A DNA stretch of 64,000 nt, from positions 35,092,001 through 35,156,000 of the forward strand of contig NC_135665.1 in NCBI RefSeq assembly GCF_964188315.1. Direction: 5' to 3'. The DNA is from Podarcis muralis (taxonomy: Eukaryota). Under the pieces are notes generated by a model. The model saw only the letters and a program-made list of their open reading frames with translations. It had not been told where the DNA came from and ran no database searches. Each line of letters opens with the position of its first letter. Position 1 is the stretch's first letter. This document shows positions 13,370 to 25,700 of this stretch, in pieces. The position numbers and the translations under genes were made by a program.

Positions 13370-13654
13370 CCGGGGTGTAGGAAGGGGGGGTGGGGGTGGT
13401 CCGCCCTGGGTGTCATCCCAGAGGGGGTGACAAAATGGCATACTGCGGGGGGCATAACACGGAGTGACGCAGTGGCTCGGGGCCCCACACTGCCCAAAAG
13501 GGCAACGTGAGGCTTGCATCTGCCAAGCGGACTCCGTGGGCAGCTCACTGTGGCACCCCCGCCCTGGGCGGATCAAGGATCACTGAAGCACCTCCGTGCA
13601 CGGATCGCCCCACCCCCGCTGCTCCAGGTGCCAGAGCAGCTAGCTACGCCCCTG
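13370..13654. mobile_element. hAT MITE, TIR C(C/A)GGGG(T/C)GTAG...CTACGCCCCTG, 8-bp TSD AATTGAAG
   Basis: Identical TSD at 13362-13369 and 13655-13662. Confidence 0.85.
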
Positions 13655-15059
13655 AATTGAAGATTACTCGAGTAGAATTTCAGAAGCATCTGGCTTGTAT
13701 GAGAAGGCACAAAGATGGGCCCAGATTTAAGTAGGAAGTAAGCAGACAGATGAAGGCAAGGCAAGCTGGTGAGTTACCAGCCCTGGGAGGGCAAGGGAAA
13801 CTCTCTCCAACACACCTAACCACATGCTCAGAAATGGTGACTTTGGTTTGCTGCTAATTGCCTCAGCAAGATGCAAGAGGCAAGCTGTTAATGTTTATTA
13901 TACTCGCATGGGAGTGTGTGCAAGCACCCCTAAATTAGCCCCTTAGGTGAAGTGGAAGACTCTTGTGTTGAAGCATGAATAGACTGCCAGGCCAGCTAGC
14001 TTCCATATATCAGAATAGAAACACACCATTTTATTTTTTGCCTAAGGCAGTCTCAAGCAGTCGCCCCTAGCCTTATAACAGGTGTAAACAACCCAGTTTT
14101 CACACAGGCCCCTCAAGGTTGCCAAATAATAAGCAGTCAATTAACAACATCAGACCATCAACCGTCACAACCAGAATGTGAGCTGCAGAGTTATATAAAT
14201 ATAGATTTATGCTTGCTATCATGCTTGCAATATGCTGTCAAAGCACACAAAGTTGGCAAAAGTAATAATTAAGACTTCCAGCACTTTTAAGAAAAGCAAC
14301 AGCACACCAACATATGATGTAGTAGCAGCTACATAAATAGGAGCATGTTAAAACTACATCTCAATTGGCCATATTTATAAAAAGGCAAAGCCAGACTGAT
14401 TTTTTAAAAAGCCTTAATAAAACACAACTGAAACGTCTAGCATAATAAATGTCAGGTATGCAGAGAACATGTCTTGGGAGCTACTTCCCTTTCAGGTGTT
14501 GACCTTTTCATTTGAGAAGTAATGGAAACTATATAAAGTACCTCTTAAACATACCACTGAAATTAATACGGCAGTGGTGTGCAGTAATTTAAACCCAACT
14601 CCTTTTGAATATACAGTAATCAGAAAGTGAAAATCTCAACCATTGTGGAGGCTTTTACATTTTTGTGTTTTGGTTCCTAGCGTGGAAAGTCAATGTATAC
14701 CCCCGTGAATATGAATAAGCATGAGATAATGCCTAGACTGAGGCAAAATATACATGTTTCTAAATTGAGTACTACAAACAATTTTCCAGTATGAGTAATA
14801 ACATTATGTTCATTTCAAATAACTATAGCCTGTTTTCTTGGTGCTTTTTACTGGGCTCCTCCAGGAAGAAAGGCAGGATATAAATTGAATTATTAATGCT
14901 TATAATACTAATATTTTACAAAATCCTACTGAAGTTCCAAACTGCATCCAGCTAGAATTGTTTAGTAAATTATGTATAAATCACCTATTAGCAAGTACAA
15001 ACCTCTCTAAAGACTTTAGCCTTAAAGTATTAGCGTCCGGTATTATTAGTATTATTAAT

Positions 15060-15370
15060 AACATTATTATTTAATTTTTTATCTTATTTTTATACATTTT
15101 TAAAAATTGTAAAAAATATTTTGACAAAGTAATAATCATAAATAAATGAGAATAAAAATGTGCACCCCATCACCGAGACCATTCCATTGTAACTATCCAA
15201 CCTCACAAAATTTCAACACCTCTTGTGATGGTTTGACCCCTGTCCATTTTAACAGTACAAATTCTACAAACGCCCTCCATATCTCCTCAGAAAAATTTCT
15301 CCTGCATATTCCCCCTCTTACCTTAATGTCACATTTAGTATTATTTTAAGGCTTTTGAATCATCACTTTC
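15060..15370 (-). mobile_element. L1-clade ORF2 end plus AT-rich 3' UTR
   Basis: The - strand encodes KCDIKVRGGICRRNFSEEIWRAFVEFVLLKWTGVKPSQEVLKFCEVG*, followed by a T/A-rich tail. Confidence 0.5.
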
Positions 15371-16629
15371 TATATTAATATATTGGGAAGTTCATGTGTA
15401 AACAGTTCAATAATCTATATGGTGGGAAGATTAGGAAAGATTCTGCTTTATTGATAGAGGCTCCTTATCCTTGCAGAAAAATATTTTTGCAACCCCAAAA
15501 GCTAGCTGGCACCAAGGACTGCAGATGGACATTGCCCTCATACTGGTAGGAAATATCATGGTGAGTGGACAGTGAGAGGAAGTGTCTACTGTTATAGTTT
15601 TACAGTTTCTATAGCCTGTCATCAAATCTAAAGGCAAATATTTTCTATCGGTCAGTTTTGTGTGAGAAGGCTATTTCATAGGAGAAGGAGGAAAATGAAA
15701 GAAGATAGGAAACTGGAAGGCAGTCTTTGGAATACATAAGGAAAACATTGCCGTAGATTGGTTAACATGCAATAGTTTCTTCTAGCCTACAAAGCAAAAC
15801 TAATTCAATACACAATATTAGGATTGTGTCATAAAATTCTCTTGAGAAAAACTGGGAGATACTTCACAGTAAAACAAGAGGAAATTCTGGCAACTATGAA
15901 AACAACATTTCTATCAAAACCAATTGGATAGTGCTAACTGTGCAAGAGGTCAGCAACAGTTTTCCTTACTTAAACAAATATCCTCGACTAAAGATAAACT
16001 TGAATGCAGTAAGATTGTGTACCCTTCTCTATAGTCGATTACAAGTCCACTTTGCCACTGTAAAACACAAGTTTTCAGATTCTTTGTTTTGAAGGGGAGA
16101 AACAGTCCCTGAACCTACATGTAACATACATGCTTAATATAATAGCCAATTCTTAGGTTTTCTTAATGCACCAGTTGTATCTTCCATTCATTACTTCTCT
16201 CAACCTCTCTCTATTTGCTCATTAGCCTCTATACAGCACAAGTGTGCTAGCTACCGGTGCTAATGGGAATTTTAGTCCAAAAGATCTGAAGGATGCCAGC
16301 TTGGAGAAGACTGTCTTATGTTAAACAAGAGTAGCATGTACAGTATAAGAGGAATGCACTCTAACTTGATTGGAAAAAAACAAATTTAGTTACTTAAATA
16401 AAAATTAGAAGGGTGATAACTTAGCAAATTTACATGTAAGCATTTCTTACTATATAATGAAAATGTACAAGTGTCATCATACAACGGTTTGCTTGGCCAA
16501 AGATGGGTGGCGATGCAAACTACAGTGGAATAAGAGGAAGTGAATGAATGGGACAGGCAACCTGCAGCAGGACAGCCTGCTCTGCTGGCTCTCTTGGTTC
16601 AGAAGTGGGTAACTTTTGGCCCTCTAGAC

Positions 16630-16765
16630 CAGTGTTTCCCAACCTTGGACCTCCAGCTGTTTTTGAACTACAATTCCCATCATCCCTGACCACTGGTCTT
16701 GCTAGCTAGGAATGATGGGAGTTGTAGTCCAAAAACAGCTGGAGGCCCAAGGTTGGGAAACACTG
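16630..16765. mobile_element. Palindromic hAT MITE (136 bp), 8-bp TSD CTCTAGAC
   Basis: TIR CAGTGTTTCCCAACCTTGG...CCAAGGTTGGGAAACACTG. Identical TSD at 16622-16629 and 16766-16773. Confidence 0.93.
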
Positions 16766-19700
16766 CTCTAGACATTGTCTAATCAGTCCCAGCCAGCATG
16801 GCCAATGGTCAGGAATGAAGGAAGCTAAAGTCCATAACATCGGGTTGAGGAAGGCTGTGCTAACATCACATATAAACATCCAATCTGGATGGTCGCAGGT
16901 TCCTTATACCTGACTGATGTGCCATCACGGCACTGTAGAGAAGGAGTGGGGAAATGCATAATGCCACGTCACATTTCTCTCACTAAAAGTTACAGGGAGA
17001 CAACGGGGGATATCATGGCACACAATACTGTTTTCAGTGACAAGTCTATGAATGCCATCACGTATTTCCCTTTCCTGAAACACAGGGTTTGAATAAAGAG
17101 TGTCATGAGGAATGATCAACAGCCGTTCATGCAGTAAAAAAGGAGTTTCGTTGGATGTCTCGCCTCCAAGACTCTGATCCCATTTAGCTTTCAAGATCAG
17201 AATATGCAGTCACAGTCTGGCAGGATATAATGTGCTAGTAAGCCAGCGTTATCACTGTTTCCAGAGACGTTGCTGTTCAATTTCAGTGAAGTACACGGTG
17301 GTATTTTGTGGTAACTATGTAAATAATGACCCTGCTGCCCAGCACCTAGCCATTAATGGTCATTAAAAACAAAGATCTAATTCAACCTTAGTACAATATC
17401 GGCCACCACACAGATGAGAAGTATGAACTTCAGCTGAAAAAAGTTTAAAAGCATTTTGAATCAGTACAATTTCAGAGGGGGGTATATATGTTTACAATGC
17501 CTGGCCATTAAGCAGCAGTTACATAAAATCTGTGATGTCAAGGACTTCATTATATTTGTGTGTGCAAGTTGAATTACAACAGCTGTGCCAAGGTTAACAA
17601 AGGTGGTACCCGAGGGAGAGTCATTTCATTGATTTATTTATTGGGGGCTTAACCTAAAATGTATGTTGTATACAAAGTACACATTTGAGAAAAACTGTGT
17701 CCAAACTTTTAGTGTTTTACTCAGATCAAGTTTTAACAGGAAACATTACTTTACTTTTTCTTTCAGCTGCATACAGCAAAAGTTTAGAAAATAATCATTT
17801 TAAGTTAATCAACTCAAGCCGTATTTTGGATTAGCGTACCCTGGTTACTACATACATAGCACAAGAAGACTGAATGCTCATTTCTGCAACTGCACTCTGA
17901 GTTACAAACAGCTTGACAGAATCAAGAGCACATCCTCTGTGCAGCAGGGTTCACATTTCCTCTACTGTGGCAAAGTTTTCTATACTTCTTTAGCAAATGG
18001 AATATCTGTTTGGGAAATATGCCTTTTCTGAAATGGGGCCGCAGAAAATCCTGTTGCACGGTTATTTGCAAGGAAGCTCCACTGAACTCAGAGGCATTTA
18101 CTACTGAACAAACAGCCATTTGTTTGAGCGAACACCTCATGTAAATGCTCCCTTTCTAAAAATGCTTTTAGCATCAACAATGCTCGTGAAAAATCAGGAA
18201 CATCCAAAGCACAAGGCTGAAGCCCGAAGACCAATTTCCCCTTCCCCTTGTCTCTATTGCTGTTGGAGCCTTTAAGAACTGCACCAGAATATGAGAGAGT
18301 GGAGGAGCAGGAGACAGCATCAGCCAAAATCTGTTTGCTATTTCCTGCTTGGCTCTTTTTAGGAACTAGCTGCTAGTTAATATTATTTATTAATACTGTA
18401 CCTGACCACACTGGAAAGTTTTATCAGATCTGACTCTGATTTATTATATATTTTTAAAAAACTGATAAATAACATTGATTTAGATGTGTTTAAATGGTTG
18501 ATATTTAATAATGAATTTAAAATGTCAGGCAGATTTGTATTATTTATATATAGCCTAGGGAGCAACAAGCAGCTCCCGATTTTACAGTCCACACAAGGTA
18601 CTCATATGGGGAAAGAAATCTTAAACTGTGAGCGACCTTCTGGGAGCCAGAGGGGGGTGGAGCCAATCACAAAAGTGGGCAGAGCAAAGGTTGTGACTCC
18701 TACCTTTGTGTGACATTTTTCACTCCAGCCATGCAAATAGCAGAGACTTCCACATGCCCAAATACATACACCTGTCTCCATCCTCCTTTCATGAAGGCAA
18801 CAGGCATTATCACAGTTACAGAACACATTCCAGCCAATCGAAAGCATTCAAGAGGGTGGCCTCTGAGAGATGGTATTGTCTGGAGATAGTCCCAAGGGCC
18901 AAACAGAAAGTACTGGAGGGCCACATTTGGGCCTTGGATTCCCTGACCCTGTCTTAGATGTACGACAATGCTAGCCATTAAAATAAATTTAAAATCCTAA
19001 AATATTTCTACTGTCAAATATTTGTACTGTTAAATTAGATAATTTAACTTGGACCTGGCTACTTGCAAGGCAAAAAAACAGTAGAACCAAAGTTCATTAA
19101 GGCTTAAACAAATTGAAAGCTATGCAGTTGCCCTACATACCAAAGTCCTTGGTATCAAGGAGTCTGCTGTCTTAATACAGTTCAATTATTCCACATTTTG
19201 CATCATGTTTTCAGCAGCTACTCGCAGAGAACGTAACATCTGGCATGCTGAAATGCGTTTTAAGACACACGTGAAACATGGTCTTCCCAACAGGACAAAC
19301 GAATGAAGGAAACTTAAATTGCTTCCATCTCAGAAAGTTGAAAATGGTATGCATGATATTAGGGAAGAGCAAAACATTTTTTCACATGCAAACAGCCCCA
19401 AACCATTTCAGGGTATTCCTTTAAAAAATGGAATGTGAGGAAACCCCATCATCATAAATCCAAGTGGCAGCAACTGTGATTATTGCAGTGTCTGGAAGAC
19501 ATGCATTCACAACCACATCCACAATCACAGCATTGGCAGTACATCTGTGCCTTGCACTCTTACAACATGATTTTCCACTTCTTTTCCTCATGTCGGGGGG
19601 GGGGGGGGGCATTTGAAGCGCAATCTTATTCAGAAGTAAACCCCTTTGATTTCAATGGGGCTTACTCCCAGGTAAGTGGGCATAATTTTGTGACCTAGGT

Positions 19701-20112
19701 CAGTCGATATTTTAACTTACCTAATTATAACAACAGGCATTTAAATTGAAAATGGTAGAATTCCTTGGGGAATATTCATTCAGGTATATGAGCTTCACCA
19801 AGCACTAGAATGCACGTCATTAAAGTGAATTTTATTGGGCCAATTTAAGTTTGAAAGAGCTAATCAGCACTAGTGAAAAAGTAAAAATGAGTAGGTCAAT
19901 GATGAAAGCTTTTCCACTGCTCCTCTCCAGTCTGTGACTAACCTGGATAGGTCACTCTATGATGGACTAAAACAATCCATACTCCAGCACTGCTACTGGC
20001 TTCTCTTCAGGAGCAATATTCAACTCTCTTTCTACCAAGGTAAGGCGATATCCATACCTTGCTTTTTCTAAATCTGACCCCACAGAATGGACAGAAACAT
20101 AGGTAATAATTA

Positions 20113-20343
20113 CAGTGGTACCTCGGGTTAAGAAGTTAATTCGTTCTGGAGGTCTGTTCTTAACCTGAAACTGTTCTTAACCTGAAGCACCACTTTAGCT
20201 AAGGGGGCCTCCCACTGCTGCCACGTGATTTCTATTCTCATCTTGAAGCAAAGTTCTTAACCTCAGGTACTATTTCTGGGTTTGCAGAGTCTGTAACCTG
20301 AAGCGTATGTAACCTGAAGCGTCTGTAACCCGAGGTACCACTG
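20113..20343. mobile_element. Tc1/mariner (Tigger/pogo-like) MITE with TA TSD
   Basis: TA-CAGTGGTACCTCGGGTTA...TAACCCGAGGTACCACTG-TA, with repeated sub-terminal TAACCTGAAG motifs. Confidence 0.9.
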
Positions 20344-20516
20344 TACTATGTAAGTTCTTAAATGATTGCCTGTTTTAATTTCTTTGATTCTTTTAGTGCT
20401 TGATTTTTGTATTGGGTGGTGGTGGTTATTTATTGGTAATTATTTATTGTTTTCATTCTTTTCGTCCCTTCTGCAGTAGCATTGGGCACGAAATTAAAAT
20501 AATGCTCCATCTAATG

Positions 20517-20702
20517 CAGGGGTAGTTAATCTTTTTATACCTACTGCCCACTAATGTATCTTTCTTGATGGTAAAATTTCCTTACCACCCACCAGTGCTT
20601 GATGGAACGAGGATTCAGCTTGTGCCGTAGAACCCCCTACTGCCCACCTAGAACCCTGAAACGCCCACTAGCGGGCGGTAGGGACCAGGCTGACAACCCC
20701 TG
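20517..20702. mobile_element. hAT MITE, 8-bp TSD ATCTAATG
   Basis: CAGGGGT...ACCCCTG ends. Identical TSD at 20509-20516 and 20703-20710. Confidence 0.88.
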
Positions 20703-21913
20703 ATCTAATGCAATGCTTCACCATATCAAGTGACACAAGACATCCATAAAGGAATGCCTCCTTGTGCAACCATCAGCTCTGCAAGATAGGCTTGATTCAC
20801 AGCTTGATCACAACAGAAATGCAGCATTCAGCTTTAAATTGGGAAGCCCATTCTCCACTCTTCTCTTGCCCTTTCAATCAAGCAGTCTCTTGGACAATGT
20901 CATGACAATGCTGACTGGCTACAGAAACTTTTAACTCAACTCCCATACAAATATTTATCCACTAGGGTATTTGCACCATTGCCCATCCCCTCCAAGGTTT
21001 TTGCAACAAGGAAGTAGCAGGTGACATCACAAGATCACACAGTGAGTCAACAAGTAAGTAATGAAGGGGGAAACTGTATTTTGGACAAATACAAACCTGG
21101 GTGGAGATTACCGTCCAAGATGAACGACTTAAATATTTTTTTCAGTTTACAAAGCTGATACAATTCATGGGTGCTGTCTCGTTACCACAGCAATGCAGTC
21201 TGTTTACTTTAAATATTACAGCTTAAGAACATTTTTAGAAAGTGTTTTCCCCCCTGCGCAATCGAGCCAAAGGGAACACAAAAGGCTAAATGCGTGAAGA
21301 ATTAGTGAGATCCAAAATGAACTTCAGCCAATCCCACAAGCTTTCAGGACGAAAAAGCTGAACTGCAGCTGTTCTAGCTTAATGCAGGGATATATTGACC
21401 AACATGTTTCCGCTATCATTTTCCCAACTTAAAAAGAAAAGAAAAAGAGTAGCAATATGCAGGATGCAGGCTGTAAAACAGTAAATGGCGGGGAAACATT
21501 TAAAAGAATGTATACCCGAGGAAGAATCAATAGTTATTTCTTTCAGTTAATTTGTAAAGGGTTGTTGGCAAAGTGCGGGAGTGGGGGGAGAAAAGAGGAA
21601 ATCTGGTTCAAGGAGCAGGAAATGGAAGCAAAGAGTTTGGAAAAAACAGGGATGAAATTAAAAGTTTCAATTTCAAACTTTTAGACAATGCAATGTTAAG
21701 GCACACTATATTACATGTGTAGTTTCTCTTTGCATTGGCGGCTTTTATTTATTGCTCACTTGCTTGCCTCTACCCTTCTCAGACAGCAGCCAAGTTAGCC
21801 CTGGAGCAGGAGACAAGACTATAGCCCTGGCTCCTTCCTATGGCCAGGCCCACACATCCTTCTGTTTTCGCTCAGGAATATCACAAACACTAGCTGCCTT
21901 GATCAGCTGCAAC

Positions 21914-22115
21914 CAGGGGCATAGGAAGGGGGGGTGCAGGCCGCCCCGGTTGTCATCCTGAAGGGGGTGACATTCAGTGTGCCCCGCACCGCCCACGACT
22001 CCCCCAAGCCCAGCAAGCGGCAAAGCTGTAGGCTTGGGAGTCGGGGGGGCGCCAAATGTCACCCCCTTCAGCCTGAAGAGGGGGTGACATTAAGCGCAGC
22101 CCCCCCCCACGCCAA
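21914..22115. mobile_element. Truncated hAT MITE related to 13370-13654
   Basis: CAGGGGCATAGGAAGGGGGG start and shared tgtcatcc...agggggtgaca motif. Right end and TSD not found. Confidence 0.6.
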
Positions 22116-22456
22116 GATCGGCCCAAGATGACTTTCCATGGCAAGAAGCATTGCAGAGTATTAGAATACAAAACATCAACATGCATTTGAATCTGTGTCC
22201 CGCCCCCGTCACCTTGCAACATACGTGAGGTTACATTGTATGTGATTTCAGATTTACGCACAATCCCTGCAATCAAAACAACCTGGAACTGCTTCTGCAT
22301 GAAAACTCCTACCTTTCTGAAGCTGGTGCACTAGGAAAACCCAGTGTGGGAAGAGCTTTTAAGCTCTCCGCCTTATGTGCATTTAATTTGTGCAATTTCA
22401 GCTGGTTGGCTACCAAGCACATAAAGCTGAAATCATGCAAGTTAAATGTGTGCCTA

Positions 22457-22777
22457 GGGCTTGCCAATCGGTAGGTTGGTGGTTCGAATCCCCATGAGGG
22501 GGTGAGCTCCCGTTGTTCGGTCCCAGCTCCTGCTCACCTAGCAGTTCAAAAGCACGTCAAGTGCAAGTAGATAAATAGGTACTGCTCCAGCGGGAAGGTA
22601 AACGCCGTTTCCGTGCGCTGCTCTGGTTCGTCAGAAGTGGCTTACGCATGCTGCCCACATGACCCGGAAGCTGTCTGAGGACAAACGCTGGCTCCCTCGG
22701 CCTATAGAACAAGATGAGCGCTGCAACCCCAGAGTCGTCCACGACTGGACCTTATGATCAGGGGTACCTTTACCTTT
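22457..22777 (+). mobile_element. Sauria (Squam1-type) SINE, slightly 5'-truncated
   Basis: B-box-like ggttcgaatccc, core gtgcaagtagataaataggtac, tail ggggtacctttacctttt. Confidence 0.9.
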
Positions 22778-25700
22778 TAACCCTCAGAAAAATGAAAATA
22801 AGCCAATTTCAGTTTTGCCTATTAATGCATGCATATGTTAACCAAAGCAGAGGTGAGTAACCTGTTTCTCTCTGGATGTTGCTGGGCTTACATGCTCCAT
22901 CATCCCTGACCATTAAGAGTCCAACAACATTTGAAGAGCCACAAGTTTCCTACTCCTGAATTGAAGAAAAAATTTGTTTTAGTATATTTAACCTTGTTCA
23001 CAGACACAGCACTCTTATTTGTTTATTTATCTCTTTATTTACAAAATGTATATATACCACAATTGTATCCTGAATGTAATTTACAAATGTTTCAACAGAG
23101 ATCTTCAAATAAGAACAAATTGCTATTTTTCAAGCACAAGTCTGAGGCTCTGTTTCTTCCCCTTCACTTCCATTTCAATGAATTAGTCATGCTTTATCAG
23201 CTTGCCCTCATAGGACATTCAAGGACAGGACATCTTGTTATCAAGGCCATAACATTGTGAAATCCTAAAGTCAACATATATGAATAAACTTTTTTGTTTC
23301 ATCATCCAAATCAGACTCAAGTTCCTCTTCCAAAGTGCCAAGGTTCGTAAGAAGGCATAACGAGAGATTAGAAACCTTTGGAAAGATCCCCACTGCTATC
23401 CCTAGACTTTGATCCATGGTCTGTAATATTTTCTCAAGCAGAGAAAGTAATAAAAGTTCTGATAAACTGCAAGAAGTTCTGTGTAACTATGACTGCTCTC
23501 ATGATACTTGAGCATGGAGTTTTTACTGTGCCAAGCACTTCCACTGGGCTCATGAAAGCATGATCTTGCTCTCTGGTTGTAGGTGTCTAAAACAAGTTTC
23601 CAGAAATGAAAAAGTCACCGAGTTCACAAAGCAGTAAGAACCGCTAGAAAACATGACTTTTTGGTATATAAATTATTTGGCACCCGATATAATGTTTTGC
23701 AGGACGCTGTTATAACAAGAGCAGATTTCTGCCCTCTGTACTTCCAAGTAGCACATTCAGTATCACATCCACAATAACCTTTAATCCAATCACATTTCTT
23801 CCTCTAACATGTTAATGGCTAGTTCATTCATGATAATGTCCTGGTTCACACGTCACATGAAGCCATAGTTTAAACAATGGTTTAAAGTGATGAGCAAACT
23901 GGGCCAATTACACACAGCACTATTGCCTTCAGGCAGGTTTCAGTTCCATTTTCTCAAGGATGCCTATTTTTTTCCCCCAGAAAGGGAGAGATGCAACATT
24001 CAATAATGAACCTGAAATATGCTTTCGCTCCCTGCTCCTTGCGAGACCCATGTCTCTCCTGAATTATGAATTTGCATGCTGTCGTGGACTGGCTGGCTGC
24101 AGAGGAGTGGTGGGAGGCAGCAGCCGGGGAACCCCCCAAGGGAATGGTCAGGGGAAGAAGGCTCAGAGTCAGGATACCGGTGGTGGGACAATGATGCACG
24201 GTCAGAAGGAGCCCCATCAGCCCCAGCCAGTGCAAGCTGGAGCTGATGAGAGTTCTAGTCCAAAGCAGCTGAAAAGTGTGAGGTTGACAAAGGCTACTAA
24301 AAGTGGTCTTCATTATTTATTAAGATTTCCATCCCTCCTTTCCACTAAAATTAATACTTCTACCGAAACATGTTTCACCACATGGGAAATGACTGAACAG
24401 TATTGAGCTTCCTTTTATAACATGTAGTTTTAATACACATGGACCTCTTCACATAACTGCTTCAAACCTTGAAACACTGTTGGCATTTGTCTGTCTCAAG
24501 AGACAATGGAGTGCACCTCTGAAGGTGAAGTCAAACCACTGGAGAATCCCAGGGCCTGCTGCGGCTGCAGACCAGTAACTCATAACTGCTGCCTCTCATG
24601 TCGTTTTTGCTGCAGTAGCAGAACCAAAGTGACCTCTCCAGGGTTCAAGCCTGAGCAGCGTATATGGAAGTCCTTAGGCTGTCCAGGTAACAAGACCCCC
24701 TCCCCCTCAGCCTTGCTGATGTGGTTCAAAGGAAAGGAAAGCAATACATTTGGCACCAGCTTGGCTGCAGGAGTTACCAGAAGGAAGCATATAATGCACC
24801 ATCCAACTACCTTATGGACTGTGCTCCGGATTTGTGTAGGATTTACACCTTTGCCTTTTTCCCCCTCACAAAGATATATTGCAAGACACAGAGGGAAGCC
24901 ATGTTGTAGCAGTGCAAAAGCAAAGTTTTCCTTTTCCTAGATGGGCTACCGTCCCAGGTTGCCCCTCACTTCCTTCTACAGCTCATGCAGAAACTGCCTT
25001 CTTGACTGTTGGACCCACTATTGGCCTTGTCCACTCAATCCACTTAAGCCTGTCTTCACATGCAGGGGAAGTCCCTAACTGAATGTTTGAGATCCATCAG
25101 CTACCCCTGGTATAGGAGGCCAGTCAAAGCCATCCCTGAGGCGTGGCCGCTGGCTCCAAACTCACACAGGCAATAATTATGTGAGTCATCCAGTTTGCCC
25201 TCACTCTCTGCTTCTGGCACACAACCAGTTGACTGACAGTTTGTTTTACCTTAGAGGAGAGTGTGCTATTTTGTGGTGTACATTAGGAACATGCCTATGG
25301 ACAGAAAGGTTAGGACTGAATCAAAGGACAGAACTTCCCTGTTCCTTACACTACTAATGGCTGAGACCCTGAAAAAATGTAAGGAAAAAAATTATCCGCA
25401 TGGCTGGGCCCAACACTTTAGACCTGTGATCAAATTTTGGGTCAAAGTATTTTTGTGTAAGGGTGGGCGGGTCATATTTTAAAAGACCCCATGATTTCTG
25501 GTCAAACTCCATCAATACTAAACCAAGCTACTGTTCCTAAAAGGTGGAGTCCATACGACATTATTTGCACAGAGGACTGTCCCTGAAGTGTATGCTTCTA
25601 AGTAATACCAGAACAATAATACAACTATCAACCTATTTTGTAAAAAGTGAGTATCATGCAGAAAGGACCTTTGGTAATCAAGGGCTTGTGGACATCATGC

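Noticed and set aside
21009-21262. Cluster of ETS, AP-1 (TGAGTCA), FOX (TGTTTAC) and C/EBP-like motifs as an intronic enhancer
   Set aside because: Short motifs of this kind are expected by chance in 64 kb. No conservation or chromatin data are available.
24241-24280. CTGATGA...GAAA spacing
   Set aside because: No stem II or stem III pairing between or after the boxes; chance occurrence.
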